Part shown: positions 63,419 to 64,000 of the stretch, piece after piece
Position numbering within the stretch: the stretch's first letter is position 1
How the letters are laid out: the number at the start of each line of letters is the position of its first letter
Assembly: GCA_023205875.1 (NCBI GenBank)
Contig: CP060757.1
Coordinates: forward strand, 806,001-870,000
Source of the DNA: Chloropicon primus
Lineage: Eukaryota
DNA: 64,000 nt
Direction of reading: 5' to 3'
Made by a program: the position numbers and the translations under genes
Notes under the pieces: generated by a model
Told to the model about the DNA's origin: nothing
Databases searched by the model: none
The model's input: the letters and a program-made list of their open reading frames with translations, nothing else

Positions 63419-63803
63419 ATGAAGGACATGACGGAAGACTTGGACGTGATAGGGTGGGGCGAGCCCAACCACCTTTCGCGGTACCACAGTCCGTACTACA
63501 CGGAGAGCCACGTCAAGTGGCGCATGCACCTGAGGAAGTGGTGCGAGGAGAAGCTGCAACCTAACATCGGCAAGTGGGAGAAGGAGAAGATCATCCCTCA
63601 CTCCGTGTTCAAGAACGCCTTCGAGGTGGGGTTTCTCCCCGCCATTGTGGGCGCCCCGTGGCCAGAGCACCTGGTGGGACCCTGCCCAGCCCTTGGAAAA
63701 GGTAAGGACGCGGCGACGCCCCGAAGACGATGACAAAAGACGAACGAAAACAAAAGCGAAGCAAGCAACTCTAGTTCCCTGCACCGGACGCCACTGACCC
63801 CCT

Positions 63804-63851
<48 letters not shown>

Positions 63852-64000
63852 ACCCTGTCCAGGCGAGAAGTTCGACGCTTTCCACGAGCTGATCGCGTGG
63901 GAGGAGATTTGCAGGCTTGGCTCCGGCGGCCTCACTTGGGGCATCTGCGAGGGAATCCAGATCGGCGTCCCACCGCTGCTCAACTTCGGGACCCCTGAGA
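63419..64000 (+). CDS. Acyl-CoA dehydrogenase, 5' part; exons 63419-63701, 63863->64000
   Basis: HSPYYTESHVKWR, KFDAFHELIAWEEICRLGSGG, IGVPPLLNFG; truncated by the window end. Confidence 0.85.

Noticed and set aside
62259..64000. Full flavohemoglobin continuing downstream
   Set aside because: A stop at 63171-63173 follows the globin and the next gene is an acyl-CoA dehydrogenase; no FAD/NAD reductase exons.
1..64000. Prokaryotic operon, defence island, CRISPR array, introner elements or intact transposon
   Set aside because: Spliceosomal introns and U2 show eukaryotic DNA; no repeat-spacer arrays, no transposase or RT motifs, and the introns are not similar to one another.

Overview
Gene-dense, GC-rich eukaryotic nuclear DNA, not prokaryotic. 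It has GT-AG spliceosomal introns with CTRAC branch points, a U2 snRNA gene, plastid transit peptides and (GA)n microsatellites. Gene content (TIC236, BTA1, nuclear psaI, cyclin D, allantoinase) points to a compact green-algal genome; a Chloropicon-like picoalga is my inference, not proven. About 33 protein genes can be modelled by hand. They include cell-cycle/DREAM genes (LIN37, cyclin D, DRC1/BTE1-like, RPA2), flagellar/basal-body genes (DRC10, SFI1), metabolic enzymes and housekeeping genes. The most unusual items are: a J-domain protein fused to an RCC1 propeller, an SH3b-like insert and a split degenerate peptidase-S51-like domain; a plastid ACT-EamA transporter fusion head-to-head with leuB; an NRF-6-type acyltransferase with an nsLTP-like 8-Cys domain; a membrane-anchored peptidoglycan-binding protein; a single-domain bacterial-type globin with a CaaX-like tail; and a 1-nt frameshift in the AFG1 ATPase. 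No CRISPR array, rRNA, tRNA or intact transposon was seen. All family calls come from motif recognition by eye; no database search was run.
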